Shown here: positions 10,543 through 20,932 of the stretch, one piece after another
How positions within the stretch are numbered: the first letter of the stretch is position 1
Layout: every line of letters begins with the position of its first letter
Origin: a bacterium
GTDB lineage: Bacteria > UBA8248
Direction of reading: 5' to 3'
DNA: 64,000 bases
Assembly (NCBI GenBank): GCA_965221165.1
Contig: CBDCRP010000002.1
Span: 960,001-1,024,000, forward strand
Position numbers and translations under genes: made by a program
Notes under the pieces: generated by a model
Seen by the model: only the letters and a program-made list of their open reading frames with translations
Databases searched by the model: none
What the model was told of the DNA's origin: nothing

Positions 10543-10944
10543 TTACCCTGCTTTTTCTTTCTCCATGTCCGCCGCCAGATCCCTTTGATCCACGAAATGC
10601 GTATCCTGGTGCAGATAGCCCGCGAAATTATCCTGACGTATCGGTCCGCAAGCCTCGAAGGCCACCGTGTCTTCCAGATAGTCCGCCTGATGCTCGGTAT
10701 GCGGCGGCACGTACCAGACATCGCCTGGTTTCAAGACCGCCACCGGATCGTCTCCGGCCTGCACGCGGGCGGAGCCGCTGATGAGACAGAAAATCTGCTC
10801 CGCCTCATGGTGGTGTCTCCGCGTGGACTTCCCGCCTTTCGCGTGGATATAGCTGATCATGCAGTGCTTTCCGCTCACGAGGCCCACTTCCACCCCCGGG
10901 AACGGTACTTTCACCGGCAGTTCGTCCCAATTCGTCACTGGCAT
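10543..10944 (-). CDS. Cupin domain protein
   Basis: HHHEAEQ ... PGDVWYVPPHTEH cupin motifs. Confidence 0.85.
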   Translation of the reverse strand: MPVTNWDELPVKVPFPGVEVGLVSGKHCMISYIHAKGGKSTRRHHHEAEQIFCLISGSARVQAGDDPVAVLKPGDVWYVPPHTEHQADYLEDTVAFEACGPIRQDNFAGYLHQDTHFVDQRDLAADMEKEKAG

Positions 10945-11040
10945 TTTTGTCTCCTTGATACACGCGAACCCGTCCCCCCGATGAGGGGCGACGAGCTATC
11001 GCGGGCATGGAAAGATCGCGGCCTTTCTGCCGCCTCGCGC

Positions 11041-11949
11041 CTAGGTCTCTTGCATTCTCCTGACGGCCTCGGCGGGCAGGGATTCGCCGCAGGCGGCGTT
11101 TTGCGCAGACTGCTCAGGCGTTCTGATGCCTGGAATCACGCAGCTGACGTTTTCGTTGGAAACGCAGAACCGAATGGCCGCCTGGGCCGCCGAAATGCCG
11201 AGATTCCCCGCCACCTCGCGAGTACGGCCCAGCTGGGTCTGGAATTTCCGGATGTTCTCGGGCGAGAGGATGCCCTTTCTCCGGTCCCCTTCCGCGAACT
11301 CGAACGCCTCGTCGATGCGCCCTGAGAGAAAACCCCGCTTCAGCGGTACGCGGGATATCACGCCCACGTCCGCCGCCTTCGCCCGGACGAAGGCGGGCGC
11401 CGCCTCCTGGCTGATGACGTTGTACTCCATCTGCATGGTGGCGGGCTTGTCCTGCTCCACGGCCAGATTGCATTCCTCCACGGTGTTCACCGAAACGCCC
11501 CAGTGCTTGATCTTCCCGTCGGCCTTGGCGCCCTCGAGCAGCGCATAGCTGTCCTCGGCCGCCATGTTGTCGACCTTGGGGTTGTGTAGCTGGTAGTAGT
11601 CGATGGCATCGACTCCCAGGCGCTTCAAGCTCCCCTCCAGACAACCGGCGATGTAATCGGGCGTGAAGTTTCGCGTGCCCGTCGACATGTCGTTTCCGCC
11701 CTTGGTGAAAATCAGGATATCGCCGCGGTCGGAACGCTCGGTGAGAAACTTGCCGATGACGGTCTCGCTATGGCCCACGCCATAGGCGTCTGAGGTGTCG
11801 ATGAAATTCATGCCGGCGTCGATGGCGACGTGGAGCGCACGGTTGCTCTCGTCATCATCCACCGGGCCGAACGCGCCTCCGATGGTCATGGCGCCGAACC
11901 CGATAACCGTGACTTCCAAACCCGTCCGTCCGAGTGTTCTTCTCTCCAT
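11041..11949 (-). CDS. Aldo/keto reductase
   Basis: IDTSDAYG, SLKRLGVDAIDYYQLH and VIPG motifs. Confidence 0.92.
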   Translation of the reverse strand: MERRTLGRTGLEVTVIGFGAMTIGGAFGPVDDDESNRALHVAIDAGMNFIDTSDAYGVGHSETVIGKFLTERSDRGDILIFTKGGNDMSTGTRNFTPDYIAGCLEGSLKRLGVDAIDYYQLHNPKVDNMAAEDSYALLEGAKADGKIKHWGVSVNTVEECNLAVEQDKPATMQMEYNVISQEAAPAFVRAKAADVGVISRVPLKRGFLSGRIDEAFEFAEGDRRKGILSPENIRKFQTQLGRTREVAGNLGISAAQAAIRFCVSNENVSCVIPGIRTPEQSAQNAACGESLPAEAVRRMQET

Positions 11950-12183
11950 GCTCTATCTCCATATAAGAATGAGGAAATTTTGAAAATCCCATAGGGAAGT
12001 CCCAAGACTCCCAGGACGCTCATCTAAAGACTAGCGATGGGATGAATGTCCGCAAAGATGGCCGCATCATATCTTTCTTTCGCCGCCATCCGCAATCAAA
12101 CCTGCTCATATACGAAACCCATCGCCTGGGCTATACTCTCTCCACCCAACCATCGCCATCTGCGCCACCATGTGGAGAAAAAC

Positions 12184-13506
12184 ATGGACGACCTCAGACA
12201 AAAAGCCGTCGATTATCTCGACGCCCAAGCGGGCGAGACACGGGAAATCGCCCAAGAAATCTGGAACTTTGCGGAAATCGCTCTCGAGGAATTCAAATCC
12301 GCGGAATTGCTCGAAGACGTTTTGGAGCAAAACGGTTTCGAGGTGCAGCGCGGCGTGGGCGACCTGCCCACCGCATTCATCGCGAGATGGGGCGATAGCG
12401 GCCCCGCCGTTGGAATTTTAGGAGAATACGACGCGCTCCCCCACTGCGGGGATTCACACGAAAAACAAGGCCACGGCTGCGGGCACAACCTCTTCGGCAC
12501 GGCCAGCGCCTATGCAGCGATTGCGGCGGCGCGCGCGCTGCGCGAATCGGGGGCGAAGGGCCGTGTCGTCTGCTTCGGCTGTCCGGCGGAAGAAACCCTG
12601 GAGGGCAAGGTGTACATGGCGCGCGATGGCGCGTTCGACGACATCGACGCCGCCGTCACCTGGCACCCCGGGGAGAAGAGCTTCACCCGGGGGGGCAGCA
12701 CCAACGCCATGGATTCCATCGTCTTTGAGTTTTATGGCGAAACCGCCCACTCGGCCCGAGACCCGTGGAACGGCAGAAGCGCGCTCGACGGCGTGGAAAT
12801 CATGAACTATGGCGTCAACATGATGCGCGAGCACGTCATCGAGCCGGTCAAGATTCACTACGTGATCACGGACGGAGGGGTGGCTCCCAACGTCGTACCC
12901 TCCTATTCGCGCGTATGGTACTACGTGCGGGCGCCCAAAAGAGCGATGGTCAACGAATTGAGCGAGCGCGTGCGAAACTGCGCGAAAGCGGGCGCGCTGG
13001 CGTCGGGTACGCGGATGAAGGAAACACTGCTCACCGCCGTGTACGAGAATCTCCCCAACAACGCCTTGGCCCATTGCGTGCAAAGGAACCTGGAATTCGT
13101 GGGCGCGCACACTTATTCGGACGAGGCGAAGGAATTCGCCCGAAAACTGGGGTATGAGGAACCTCTCTCGGAAGAGGTGTCCCCCCTCGACCCGGCGGAC
13201 ATCCGCCCGAGCAACGAGCGCGGCAACGTGAGCTGGCTCACGCCCCTGGGCAACCTGATGACTACCTGCCATGCACCGGGAACGCCCGGGCATTCCTGGC
13301 TCGCCACGCAGCAATACGGCATGGAAATCGGAGAAAAGGGCATGATGACCTCCGCCAAAACCATGGCGGCCGCCACGCTGGAACTCATCAGCGACGAGAA
13401 CCTGTTGAAACAGGTGAGAGAAGAGTTCCAGGAGAGAACGAGAGGTTTTACCTACGACCCCCTCATCCCCGAGGGACAAAAACCGAACCCCCTGGGCATG
13501 AGGTAG
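12184..13506 (+). CDS. M20 family amidohydrolase (AbgB-like)
   Basis: GEYDAL, HGCGHN, PAEE, WHP and GRSALD motifs. Confidence 0.88.
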   Translation: MDDLRQKAVDYLDAQAGETREIAQEIWNFAEIALEEFKSAELLEDVLEQNGFEVQRGVGDLPTAFIARWGDSGPAVGILGEYDALPHCGDSHEKQGHGCGHNLFGTASAYAAIAAARALRESGAKGRVVCFGCPAEETLEGKVYMARDGAFDDIDAAVTWHPGEKSFTRGGSTNAMDSIVFEFYGETAHSARDPWNGRSALDGVEIMNYGVNMMREHVIEPVKIHYVITDGGVAPNVVPSYSRVWYYVRAPKRAMVNELSERVRNCAKAGALASGTRMKETLLTAVYENLPNNALAHCVQRNLEFVGAHTYSDEAKEFARKLGYEEPLSEEVSPLDPADIRPSNERGNVSWLTPLGNLMTTCHAPGTPGHSWLATQQYGMEIGEKGMMTSAKTMAAATLELISDENLLKQVREEFQERTRGFTYDPLIPEGQKPNPLGMR

Positions 13507-13556
13507 AAATTATCCAGAGACGATGCACAGCATAGCACGCACTAGAGGAGCAGATC

Positions 13557-14396
13557 ATGAAATTCGGCGTCGCGATTTTCCCGACAGATTATTCCATCGC
13601 CCCGCACCGGGTCGCCAAAGAGGCGGAAGACAGAGGTTTCGAGTCCATCTTCTTCCCGGAGCACACCCATATTCCGGCGAGTAGAAAAACCCCCTGGCCC
13701 GGCGGTGCGGAACTCCCGCTTGAATACTCGCACTCGCTCGATCTTTTCGTGGGTCTCGGGGCCGCGGCGGGGGCTACGAAAAAAATCATGCTGGGCACGG
13801 GCATATGCCTCGTCATCGAGCGCGACCCGATCACCCTCGCCAACGAAGTGGCCACGCTCGATCACATCTCGAACGGCCGCGTGCTCTTCGGGGTGGGCGG
13901 CGGCTGGAACCGCGAGGAGATGGAAAACCACGGAACGAGTTTCGAGAAACGCTGGTTCGTCCTGCGCGAGCGCATCGAGGCCATGAAAGCCATCTGGACG
14001 GAGGACGAGGCGAGTTATCATGGAGATTTCGTGGATTTCGAGCGCATCTGGTCCTGGCCCAAACCGATCCAGAAGCCGCACCCGCCGATATTCGTGGGTG
14101 GAAACGGGGCGAGAACGCTCGATCGCGTGGTACGCTACGGGGATGAGTGGATGCCGCTGCCCCGGGGGGATATGGACTTGACGCCGCGAATACGGGAGCT
14201 TCAGGAACTGGCGGCCAAAGCGGGGCGTGCGCCCATCCCCGTCAGCATTTTCTTCGCACCTCCTGACGTCGCTAAGCTTCGCGCTCTCGAGAGCAATGGG
14301 GTGGGGAGGAGCATCTTCATCCTGCCCTCCGCGGAAGCCGACGTCGTCTTGCCGAAACTAGACGAGCTGGCCGGCGTCGTGGCGCAATACGGCTAA
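13557..14396 (+). CDS. LLM class, probable F420-dependent oxidoreductase (Rv2161c-like)
   Basis: FPEHTHIP, ATLDHISNGR, GGGWNREE and PKPIQKPHPP motifs. Confidence 0.85.
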   Translation: MKFGVAIFPTDYSIAPHRVAKEAEDRGFESIFFPEHTHIPASRKTPWPGGAELPLEYSHSLDLFVGLGAAAGATKKIMLGTGICLVIERDPITLANEVATLDHISNGRVLFGVGGGWNREEMENHGTSFEKRWFVLRERIEAMKAIWTEDEASYHGDFVDFERIWSWPKPIQKPHPPIFVGGNGARTLDRVVRYGDEWMPLPRGDMDLTPRIRELQELAAKAGRAPIPVSIFFAPPDVAKLRALESNGVGRSIFILPSAEADVVLPKLDELAGVVAQYG

Positions 14397-14415
14397 GCAA
14401 AGAGAAACCAAAAGA

Positions 14416-14453
14416 AAAGGCCCCCGGCGGGATTCAAACCGCCTGGGGCCTTT
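14416..14453. terminator. Bidirectional intrinsic terminator
   Basis: AAAGGCCCC...GGCGG/CCGCC...GGGGCCTTT hairpin between convergent genes. Confidence 0.7.
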
Positions 14454-14468
14454 GTCGTTCGAATGCGG

Positions 14469-14933
14469 CTAGTGGCAGATGATTCCGTTTTTCTCGGCAT
14501 ACTGCTGGTGATAGTCCTCGCCCATCCAGAATTTCGACGCCTTTGTAATCTCCGTCACTATCGGGGCCCAATGACGCCCCGATTCCTCCTGCTCCTGCTT
14601 GGAGGCTAGCGCATCGGCCTCCTGCTCGGGCGAGAAGAAATAAATCGCCGAGCGATACTGGGTGCCCACATCGGGACCCTGGCGGTTCAGCGTGCAGGGA
14701 TCGTGAATCCGCCAGAGCATATCCAACAGTTCCCGATAAGAGACTTTCTCCGGCTCGAACTCCAGATAGACGACCTCCGCATGTCCCGTGCGGCCCGTGC
14801 ATACCTCTCCGTAGGTGGGATCGTCCTTCGCGCCGCCTGCGTATCCCACAGCGGTGTAGGCCACGCCTTCCACCTTGCGAAACGCCGCCTCCACTCCCCA
14901 GAAACAACCTGCGCCGAACATGGCCTTTTCCAT
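14469..14933 (-). CDS. msrA: Peptide-methionine (S)-S-oxide reductase
   Basis: GCFWG, GHAE, QYRS and EDYHQQY motifs. Confidence 0.95.
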   Translation of the reverse strand: MEKAMFGAGCFWGVEAAFRKVEGVAYTAVGYAGGAKDDPTYGEVCTGRTGHAEVVYLEFEPEKVSYRELLDMLWRIHDPCTLNRQGPDVGTQYRSAIYFFSPEQEADALASKQEQEESGRHWAPIVTEITKASKFWMGEDYHQQYAEKNGIICH

Positions 14934-14959
14934 AAGCGCTCCTTAGTGAAAAACAAAAA

Positions 14960-16057
14960 TTACGGCTCTATCTCCACGCTCCCCGGTGGGCCTTCGACCA
15001 CCTCGCCGAACGCGGCGGCGGGAGCGACGCCCGCCCCGTGCAGTTCGTCCAAAAGCGCCTCCGCCTTGTCCGCATCCACCGCGATGATGAGTCCTCCCGA
15101 TGTCTGCGCATCGTTGAGCAAGGCGACCATCTCCTCATCGACGCCCGGTTTCGGCTCGACGAACGGCTTCGTCCACAGGCGGTTGCGCTCGCCCCCTCCC
15201 GCCGTGCCCGCGATGGCGTGGGGAAGCAAGCCCTCAAACCTGGGCACACCGGAGAAAACGACGCGCGCGCGCGCGCCGCTTGCCTCCATCACATTATGAA
15301 GATGGCCCAGAAGACCAAACCCGGTCACGTCCGTACAAGCATTTACGCCAACGCGCATCATGCATTCGCTCGCTTTGTTGTTGAGCGCCTGCATCGAGGC
15401 CACCGCCTCTTCGAATACGCCGTCGCGGAGCTTTCCGTTTTTCCCAAAAATGCCGCGAGCGGCCTTTACTACCGGGTTCACCTGTTTCGTCACGTTGGTG
15501 ACGACGCCGGTGCCTATTTTTTTCGTCAGAATGAGCGTATCGCCGGGTTTCGCCCCCTGGTTCGTCACCATCTTCCGGGGGTCGACCGTTCCGGTGACGG
15601 CGATGCCGTATTTGGGCTCCACGTCATCCACGCTGTGGCCGCCCACGATGACGCCGCCCGCCTCGCGCATCTTGTCCGCGCCGCCGGCCAGGATTCTCCC
15701 CAACACGTCCAGACCGATGCGGCAGGGAAACCCCACCAGATTCAACCCGGTGATCGGCTGCGCGCCCATGGTGAAGCAATCGCTCAGCGCATTGGCCGCT
15801 GCTATCTGGCCATAGGCGTAAGCGTCATCCACGATGGGCGTGAAGAAATCCACCGTCTGGACGATGGCCAAATCCTCTCTGAGACGATACACGCCCGTGT
15901 CGTCCCCGGCGTTCGTTCCGTAGAGAAGATTCGGGTCCGAAAACGGCTCGAACTGGCTCAATGCCTCTCTCAGGTCCTCCGGACCCAGCTTAGAGCCTCA
16001 CCCGCCCGCCTTGACCATCCGGGTAAGCTGTACTTTTCTCTCAGACGCCGTTGCCAT
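14960..16057 (-). CDS. selD: Selenide, water dikinase, selenocysteine-containing (Sec at codon 20)
   Basis: From ATG 16057: MATASERKVQLTRMVKAGG-TGA(15998-16000)-GSKLGPEDL, in frame with DFFTPIVDD, AANALSD, DVTGFGLLGH and QTSGGL. Confidence 0.95.
15973..15985 (-). promoter_or_regulatory. Bacterial SECIS-like hairpin of selD
   Basis: GGUCC-GGA-GGACC; the apical loop starts with G, 17 nt after the UGA. Confidence 0.65.
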
Positions 16058-16191
16058 TCTCTCTCCCGAAAATTCCGACGCGGCTTGGGAAAATCCCTAA
16101 TCGGGGGGATAATAGTACATCTTCAGATGATAGACAAAAAACATATATCTTTCCCTCGTTTCCAATGAATGCCTCCAGAAAGGACACTTGA

Positions 16192-17160
16192 ATGAAAGTC
16201 GTGATTTCAGATGATTACCAAGACTGCATCCGCCACCTCGCGTGTTTTTCGAAAATGGCGGCGCACGACGTCACCATCCACAACGACACGCTCGATGACC
16301 TGGACGCACTCGCAGAGCGGTTTGAGGAAGCGCAGGCCATCGTCCTGATCAGGGAGCGCACCCACATCACCGATGCGCTGCTCGCCAGACTCCCGAATCT
16401 CAAAATCGTGAGCCAAACCGGCGCCGGTTTCGGCTCGCACGTCGACCTGGAAGCCTGCACTCGCCACAAGGTGGCCGTGGCCGCAGGCGGCACGGGCACA
16501 CACTCCACATGTGAGATCACATGGGGCCTGATCCACTGCGCCATGCGCTCCATTCCCCAGGAAATCCGGAACCTGGCGGGCGGCGGCTGGCAGACCACGC
16601 TGGGCGAAGATATTTATGGAAAAACGCTCGGCGTGTATTCCTACGGCAACATCGGGGGTCAGATGGCCGCCGTGGGAAAAGCCTTCGGCATGAACGTCAT
16701 CACATACGGGAGAGCAGGCTCCGAGGAGCGCGCCCGGACGGACGGCGTCCCCATGGCGTCCAGCAAAGAGGCGCTCTTCGCGGAAGCCGACATCGTGAGC
16801 CTCCATATTCGTCTGACTCCTCAAACCAGGGGCATCGTGGCGGCGAAGGATTTAGGCGTCATGAAGCCGAGCGCCCTTTTGGTGAACACCAGCCGCGCCG
16901 GACTGATAGAAGAAGGCGCTCTTGAAGCCGCGCTCAAGGCGGGAAGACCCGGCTTCGCCGCCGTAGACGTGTATGAAAAAGAGCCTGTTCGGGGAGCCGG
17001 GCATCCGCTCTTGCGCATGGAGAACGCGATTTGTACGCCGCATCTGGGCTACGTCACGCGAGGCACGTTCGAGAGATATTTTGGGATAGCCTTCAATCAA
17101 ATCAACGCTTTCGCGGATGGAAACCCGATAAACATCCATAACCCCGAAGTTCTGGATTGA
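16192..17160 (+). CDS. D-2-hydroxyacid dehydrogenase family protein
   Basis: LVNTSRA, VDVYEKEP and TPHLGY motifs. Confidence 0.9.
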   Translation: MKVVISDDYQDCIRHLACFSKMAAHDVTIHNDTLDDLDALAERFEEAQAIVLIRERTHITDALLARLPNLKIVSQTGAGFGSHVDLEACTRHKVAVAAGGTGTHSTCEITWGLIHCAMRSIPQEIRNLAGGGWQTTLGEDIYGKTLGVYSYGNIGGQMAAVGKAFGMNVITYGRAGSEERARTDGVPMASSKEALFAEADIVSLHIRLTPQTRGIVAAKDLGVMKPSALLVNTSRAGLIEEGALEAALKAGRPGFAAVDVYEKEPVRGAGHPLLRMENAICTPHLGYVTRGTFERYFGIAFNQINAFADGNPINIHNPEVLD

Positions 17161-17267
17161 AGCGTGGTTTCGCGCTCACTTCGCCGTATGGCTTGATTTT
17201 TCGTGTTGGGCGGTGTTCAATCGCTTCCCGAGTCAAGAAATCCACTTAACATTTGAGGTTCATTGGT

Positions 17268-18410
17268 TTGGATTTTGCTTTCAACGAGCGCCAGGAACTC
17301 ATGCGCCGCACGCTCCATGAGCTTCTCGAGCGTGTCTGCCCGCCTGAATACGCAATGGCTTGCGACAAGAAGGGCGAAGCTCCCATCGAGGCCTACAAGG
17401 CTTTGGCCGACGATGGGTGGATAGGCGTATCCACGCCCGAGGAATATGGCGGCATGGGAGGCGATGCGCTCGATCTGGCCCTGGTTCTCGAAACCACGGG
17501 CATGCATTACCTCGACCTTGCCACCATGATCTTCAGAAACGTCTGCTACGGCGTGGACGCCCTTCTGGTCAGCGGAACGGATGCGCAGAAAAAAGAATTC
17601 ATTCCCGCCACCATCCAGGGGAAGAAGTATTTCGCGTTCAGCCTCACCGAGCCGGACGCGGGCTCTGACGCCGCGGCCATCATAACGCGCGCGGATCGCG
17701 AGCAAGACCGCTTCCGGCTCACGGGCACGAAAAACTTCACCTCCGGCATGCCGACGGCCACGCACATACTCGTCGCCGCGCGAACGGACAACTCGGGCCA
17801 AAAGCACGAGGGCATCACGAATTTTATCCTTCCCGCCGATGCCGAGGGCGTCAGCTGGTCGAAGCTCGATCTGCTCGGCCACCGGGCGATGGGCACCTGC
17901 GTGGTGCACTATGACGCCGTGGAGGCGAGCACATGCGATGTTTTGGGAAACGTGGGAGACGGCTGGAAGGGCCTGATGGCGTACATCACCACCGAGCGCC
18001 TGTGCCTGTCCGCAGCGCGCACTGGCGCGGCGGCGGCGGCGCTCGACCTGGCTCTCAATCACGCGAAAGAAAGGAAACAGTTCGGCCGCCCCATCGGCAA
18101 GTTCCAGGCCGTCAGCCACATGCTCACCGAAATGCACACGCTCGTCGATACGGCGAGGCTCCAGGTCTACCGGTTCGCGTGGCTGGTCTCTCAGGGAAAG
18201 GCGGGACGCATCGAGGCGGCGACGCTCAAGCTCTACGCCGGAGAGGCTTACAAGCGGGTGGCCGACCTGGGCGTTCAGGTGATGGGCGGATACGGCTACA
18301 GCGGAGAATACGCCATGGAGCGCCACTACCGCGACGCGCGGCTGGCCACCATCGGCGCCGGCACGAGCGAGGTGCAAAGAAACATCATCGCCAAGGCGCT
18401 GGGACTTTAA
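17268..18410 (+). CDS. Acyl-CoA dehydrogenase
   Basis: FSLTEPDAGSD, RKQFGRPIGKFQAV and IGAGTSEVQR motifs. TTG start after GAGG. Confidence 0.92.
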   Translation: MDFAFNERQELMRRTLHELLERVCPPEYAMACDKKGEAPIEAYKALADDGWIGVSTPEEYGGMGGDALDLALVLETTGMHYLDLATMIFRNVCYGVDALLVSGTDAQKKEFIPATIQGKKYFAFSLTEPDAGSDAAAIITRADREQDRFRLTGTKNFTSGMPTATHILVAARTDNSGQKHEGITNFILPADAEGVSWSKLDLLGHRAMGTCVVHYDAVEASTCDVLGNVGDGWKGLMAYITTERLCLSAARTGAAAAALDLALNHAKERKQFGRPIGKFQAVSHMLTEMHTLVDTARLQVYRFAWLVSQGKAGRIEAATLKLYAGEAYKRVADLGVQVMGGYGYSGEYAMERHYRDARLATIGAGTSEVQRNIIAKALGL

Positions 18411-18503
18411 GAATCTCGCCGAAGATGCTTGATGATTTCGCCGAAAGAGCCGAAACTTAATATTCCCCGAGCGATGAAGCGATATTCATGAGGAACCGAT
18501 TTC

Positions 18504-18971
18504 ATGCCGTTAGATAAAAGCGTACTGGAAAGGACGTTCCCCGAGTTCGAATTCCGGGTCGAGCGCGGAAAAATCAGGGAATACGCCTTGGCCTTAGGGC
18601 TGGCCGACCCGGTGCACACGGACTTAGAAGCCGCCAGAGCCGCGGGCTTTGACGATCTGCTCGCTCCGCCCACGTTCGTGCGCCAGTTCTGGCATGAAAA
18701 CCCCGGGAACGACCCCATGCCGCATCTGGGCTACGACCCCAAGCGCCGCCTCCACGGAGAGCAGGAATTCGAATACCACAAGCCCCTGGTCGCCGGCATG
18801 AACCTGAAGGGCCGAAACGCCATCGTCTCCACCCGTGAAAAAGAAGGCCGCAGAGGCGGGATGATGACTTTCGTCGTCATCGAAACCAGTTTCGTGGATG
18901 CAGGGGGCGAACTGGTTCAGGTGGCGAGGCGCACCCTCATCGAAACCGCGGCCCCTCCCAAAGAGGGTTGA
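18504..18971 (+). CDS. MaoC-family dehydratase, N-terminal-type hotdog subunit
   Basis: VERGKIREYA, APPTF and LHGEQEFEYH motifs. Confidence 0.85.
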   Translation: MPLDKSVLERTFPEFEFRVERGKIREYALALGLADPVHTDLEAARAAGFDDLLAPPTFVRQFWHENPGNDPMPHLGYDPKRRLHGEQEFEYHKPLVAGMNLKGRNAIVSTREKEGRRGGMMTFVVIETSFVDAGGELVQVARRTLIETAAPPKEG

Positions 18972-18983
18972 TGGAGCTTTCAC

Positions 18984-19415
18984 ATGACGACGACCATGGA
19001 ATACGCGAAATGGGAAGAACTCACCGAGGGCGCGGAGTGTGAGTTGACGGCAGGCCCCATCACCCGGACGGACCTGGTTCGCTATGCGGGCGCCAGCGGG
19101 GATTTCAACCCCAACCACCACGATGAGATTTACGCCATCCGGGCGGGGTTCGACAAACCTTTCGCGCACGGGATGCTCCAGGGCGGATATCTCGCCCGTC
19201 TGCTCAGCGAGTGGCTCGGTCCCGATTCCTTCAAAAACCTCAAAATCCGCTTCAGCGCGCAGGCATGGCCCGGAGACATGGTGATTTGCAAGGCCAGGGT
19301 CGTGCGTCAATACCAGGAGGCGGGGAAGAATCTGGTGGAAATCGAGGCGAGCGCCTCGAACCAGCGCGGCGACGTCCTCATCAAAGCCACTGCAACCGCC
19401 GCTCCCAGGGCTTAA
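18984..19415 (+). CDS. MaoC-family dehydratase, catalytic hotdog subunit
   Basis: YAGASGDFNPNHHD...AHGM hydratase motif. Confidence 0.88.
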   Translation: MTTTMEYAKWEELTEGAECELTAGPITRTDLVRYAGASGDFNPNHHDEIYAIRAGFDKPFAHGMLQGGYLARLLSEWLGPDSFKNLKIRFSAQAWPGDMVICKARVVRQYQEAGKNLVEIEASASNQRGDVLIKATATAAPRA

Positions 19416-19431
19416 TTTCAGGATTCCCAAA

Positions 19432-20643
19432 ATGCTCGAAGGCTACCGCATTCTCGATCTCGGACAAGTCATCGCCGGAACCATCGGCGGCATGATTCTC
19501 GCCGACATGGGCGCCGAGGTCATCAAAGTCGAATCCCCCCAGGGCGACATCGGGCGCAACCCCGCCATCGCGGGCATCGGCCCCGTTTCGAGCATCTTCC
19601 TCACGTTCAACCGGGGCAAGAAGGGCCTCGTCATCGACCTGAAGAAGCCCGAAGGCAAAGAGGTGTTTCTCTCCCTGGTGGAAAAATCAGACGCCGTGAT
19701 GGTGAACTTCCGGCCGGGTACGATGGAGCGGCTGGGCCTCGGGTTCGACGTGATGAAAGAGAGAAACCCCGACATCGTATTCGTGGATTCGAGTGGATAC
19801 GGAGAACAAGGCCCCTGGCGCGATAAACCCGCTTTCGATCTGGTGGAGCAGGCCGTGAGCGGCCACATGTCCATCACGGGAGAGCCGAACCGCCCGCCCG
19901 CCAGAAACGGCTCGCCCACGGCGGATATCTCCACCGCGCTCTATACCGCCATCGCCTGCATGGCGGGCCTGTTGGCCAAGGCGAAAGGAAGAAGCGGGGC
20001 GCACCTGGAAGTACCCATGTTCGACGTCCAACTCGCCATGCTCGGATATATCGCCACCATGTATCTCAACAACGGCGACGTGCCCGATCCGCCCGGAAAC
20101 GCCCATGAGTACATGGTGCCCTACCAGGCGTTCCCGACGGCCACGATTTACATCGTGCTCTCACCGCGCGAGGAGCGCTTCTGGAAAAAGATGTGCGAGG
20201 TCATGGGAATGGACGACCTGGCGGACGACCCGCGCTTTCGCACGAACGACCTGCGCTCCGTGAACAGGGACGTCCTCCTCCCCATCATGGAAGAAATCCT
20301 GATGAAGCGATCCGGAGAGGAATGGATCGCGCTCTTCGAGGCGGCGGGCGTGCCCTCAGCCCCCGTGAACCCGCTAAATCGCGCTCTGGATAACGAGCAG
20401 GTCGAAGCGAGGCGTCTGATTCGAGAATACGAATACCCGGGGTTCGGAAATGTCAAAGTGGTGGGAAATCCCATCTTAAACCGCACGGAAAACGGAAACC
20501 CCGACCCGGGCCCCGCTCCCCTGCTGGGAGGCGACACCGAGGGTATACTCCGCGATATTCTTCATTTGAGCGATGAGCAAATTCATTCGCTCGTCTCATC
20601 CAAAGTCGTCTTCGCCACTGGATCCAAAGTGTCCGAAAAATAG
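19432..20643 (+). CDS. CaiB/BaiF family III CoA-transferase
   Basis: ADMGAEVIKVE, NRGKK, NFRPG and SGYG motifs. Confidence 0.93.
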   Translation: MLEGYRILDLGQVIAGTIGGMILADMGAEVIKVESPQGDIGRNPAIAGIGPVSSIFLTFNRGKKGLVIDLKKPEGKEVFLSLVEKSDAVMVNFRPGTMERLGLGFDVMKERNPDIVFVDSSGYGEQGPWRDKPAFDLVEQAVSGHMSITGEPNRPPARNGSPTADISTALYTAIACMAGLLAKAKGRSGAHLEVPMFDVQLAMLGYIATMYLNNGDVPDPPGNAHEYMVPYQAFPTATIYIVLSPREERFWKKMCEVMGMDDLADDPRFRTNDLRSVNRDVLLPIMEEILMKRSGEEWIALFEAAGVPSAPVNPLNRALDNEQVEARRLIREYEYPGFGNVKVVGNPILNRTENGNPDPGPAPLLGGDTEGILRDILHLSDEQIHSLVSSKVVFATGSKVSEK

Positions 20644-20932
20644 GCCGCACCCGCCATACACCTGGACGCTCATCGAACCTCGACTCGTCCTCGCCCGCAT
20701 TCGCCCCTCGACACCGAGCCCCCGCAAACTGCCGGAAATCATTAACTCCTCTTCGCGCCGACGCCTTTTTTCTCCCCCAAATACTCACGGCGTTCAGAGA
20801 AAGCCCAAGTAAAATTATATTATTTATATTTATAAACGCAGAAATTTGTGAAATAGGGGTTGATTTCGTTTTATATTCGTTATAAATTTCGCTTTATATT
20901 TGCTACTTCACGAGACAACCTGGAGAGAAGCC

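Noticed and set aside
14469-14933. MsrA as a selenoprotein
   Set aside because: The active site is Cys (GCFWG) with no in-frame UGA.
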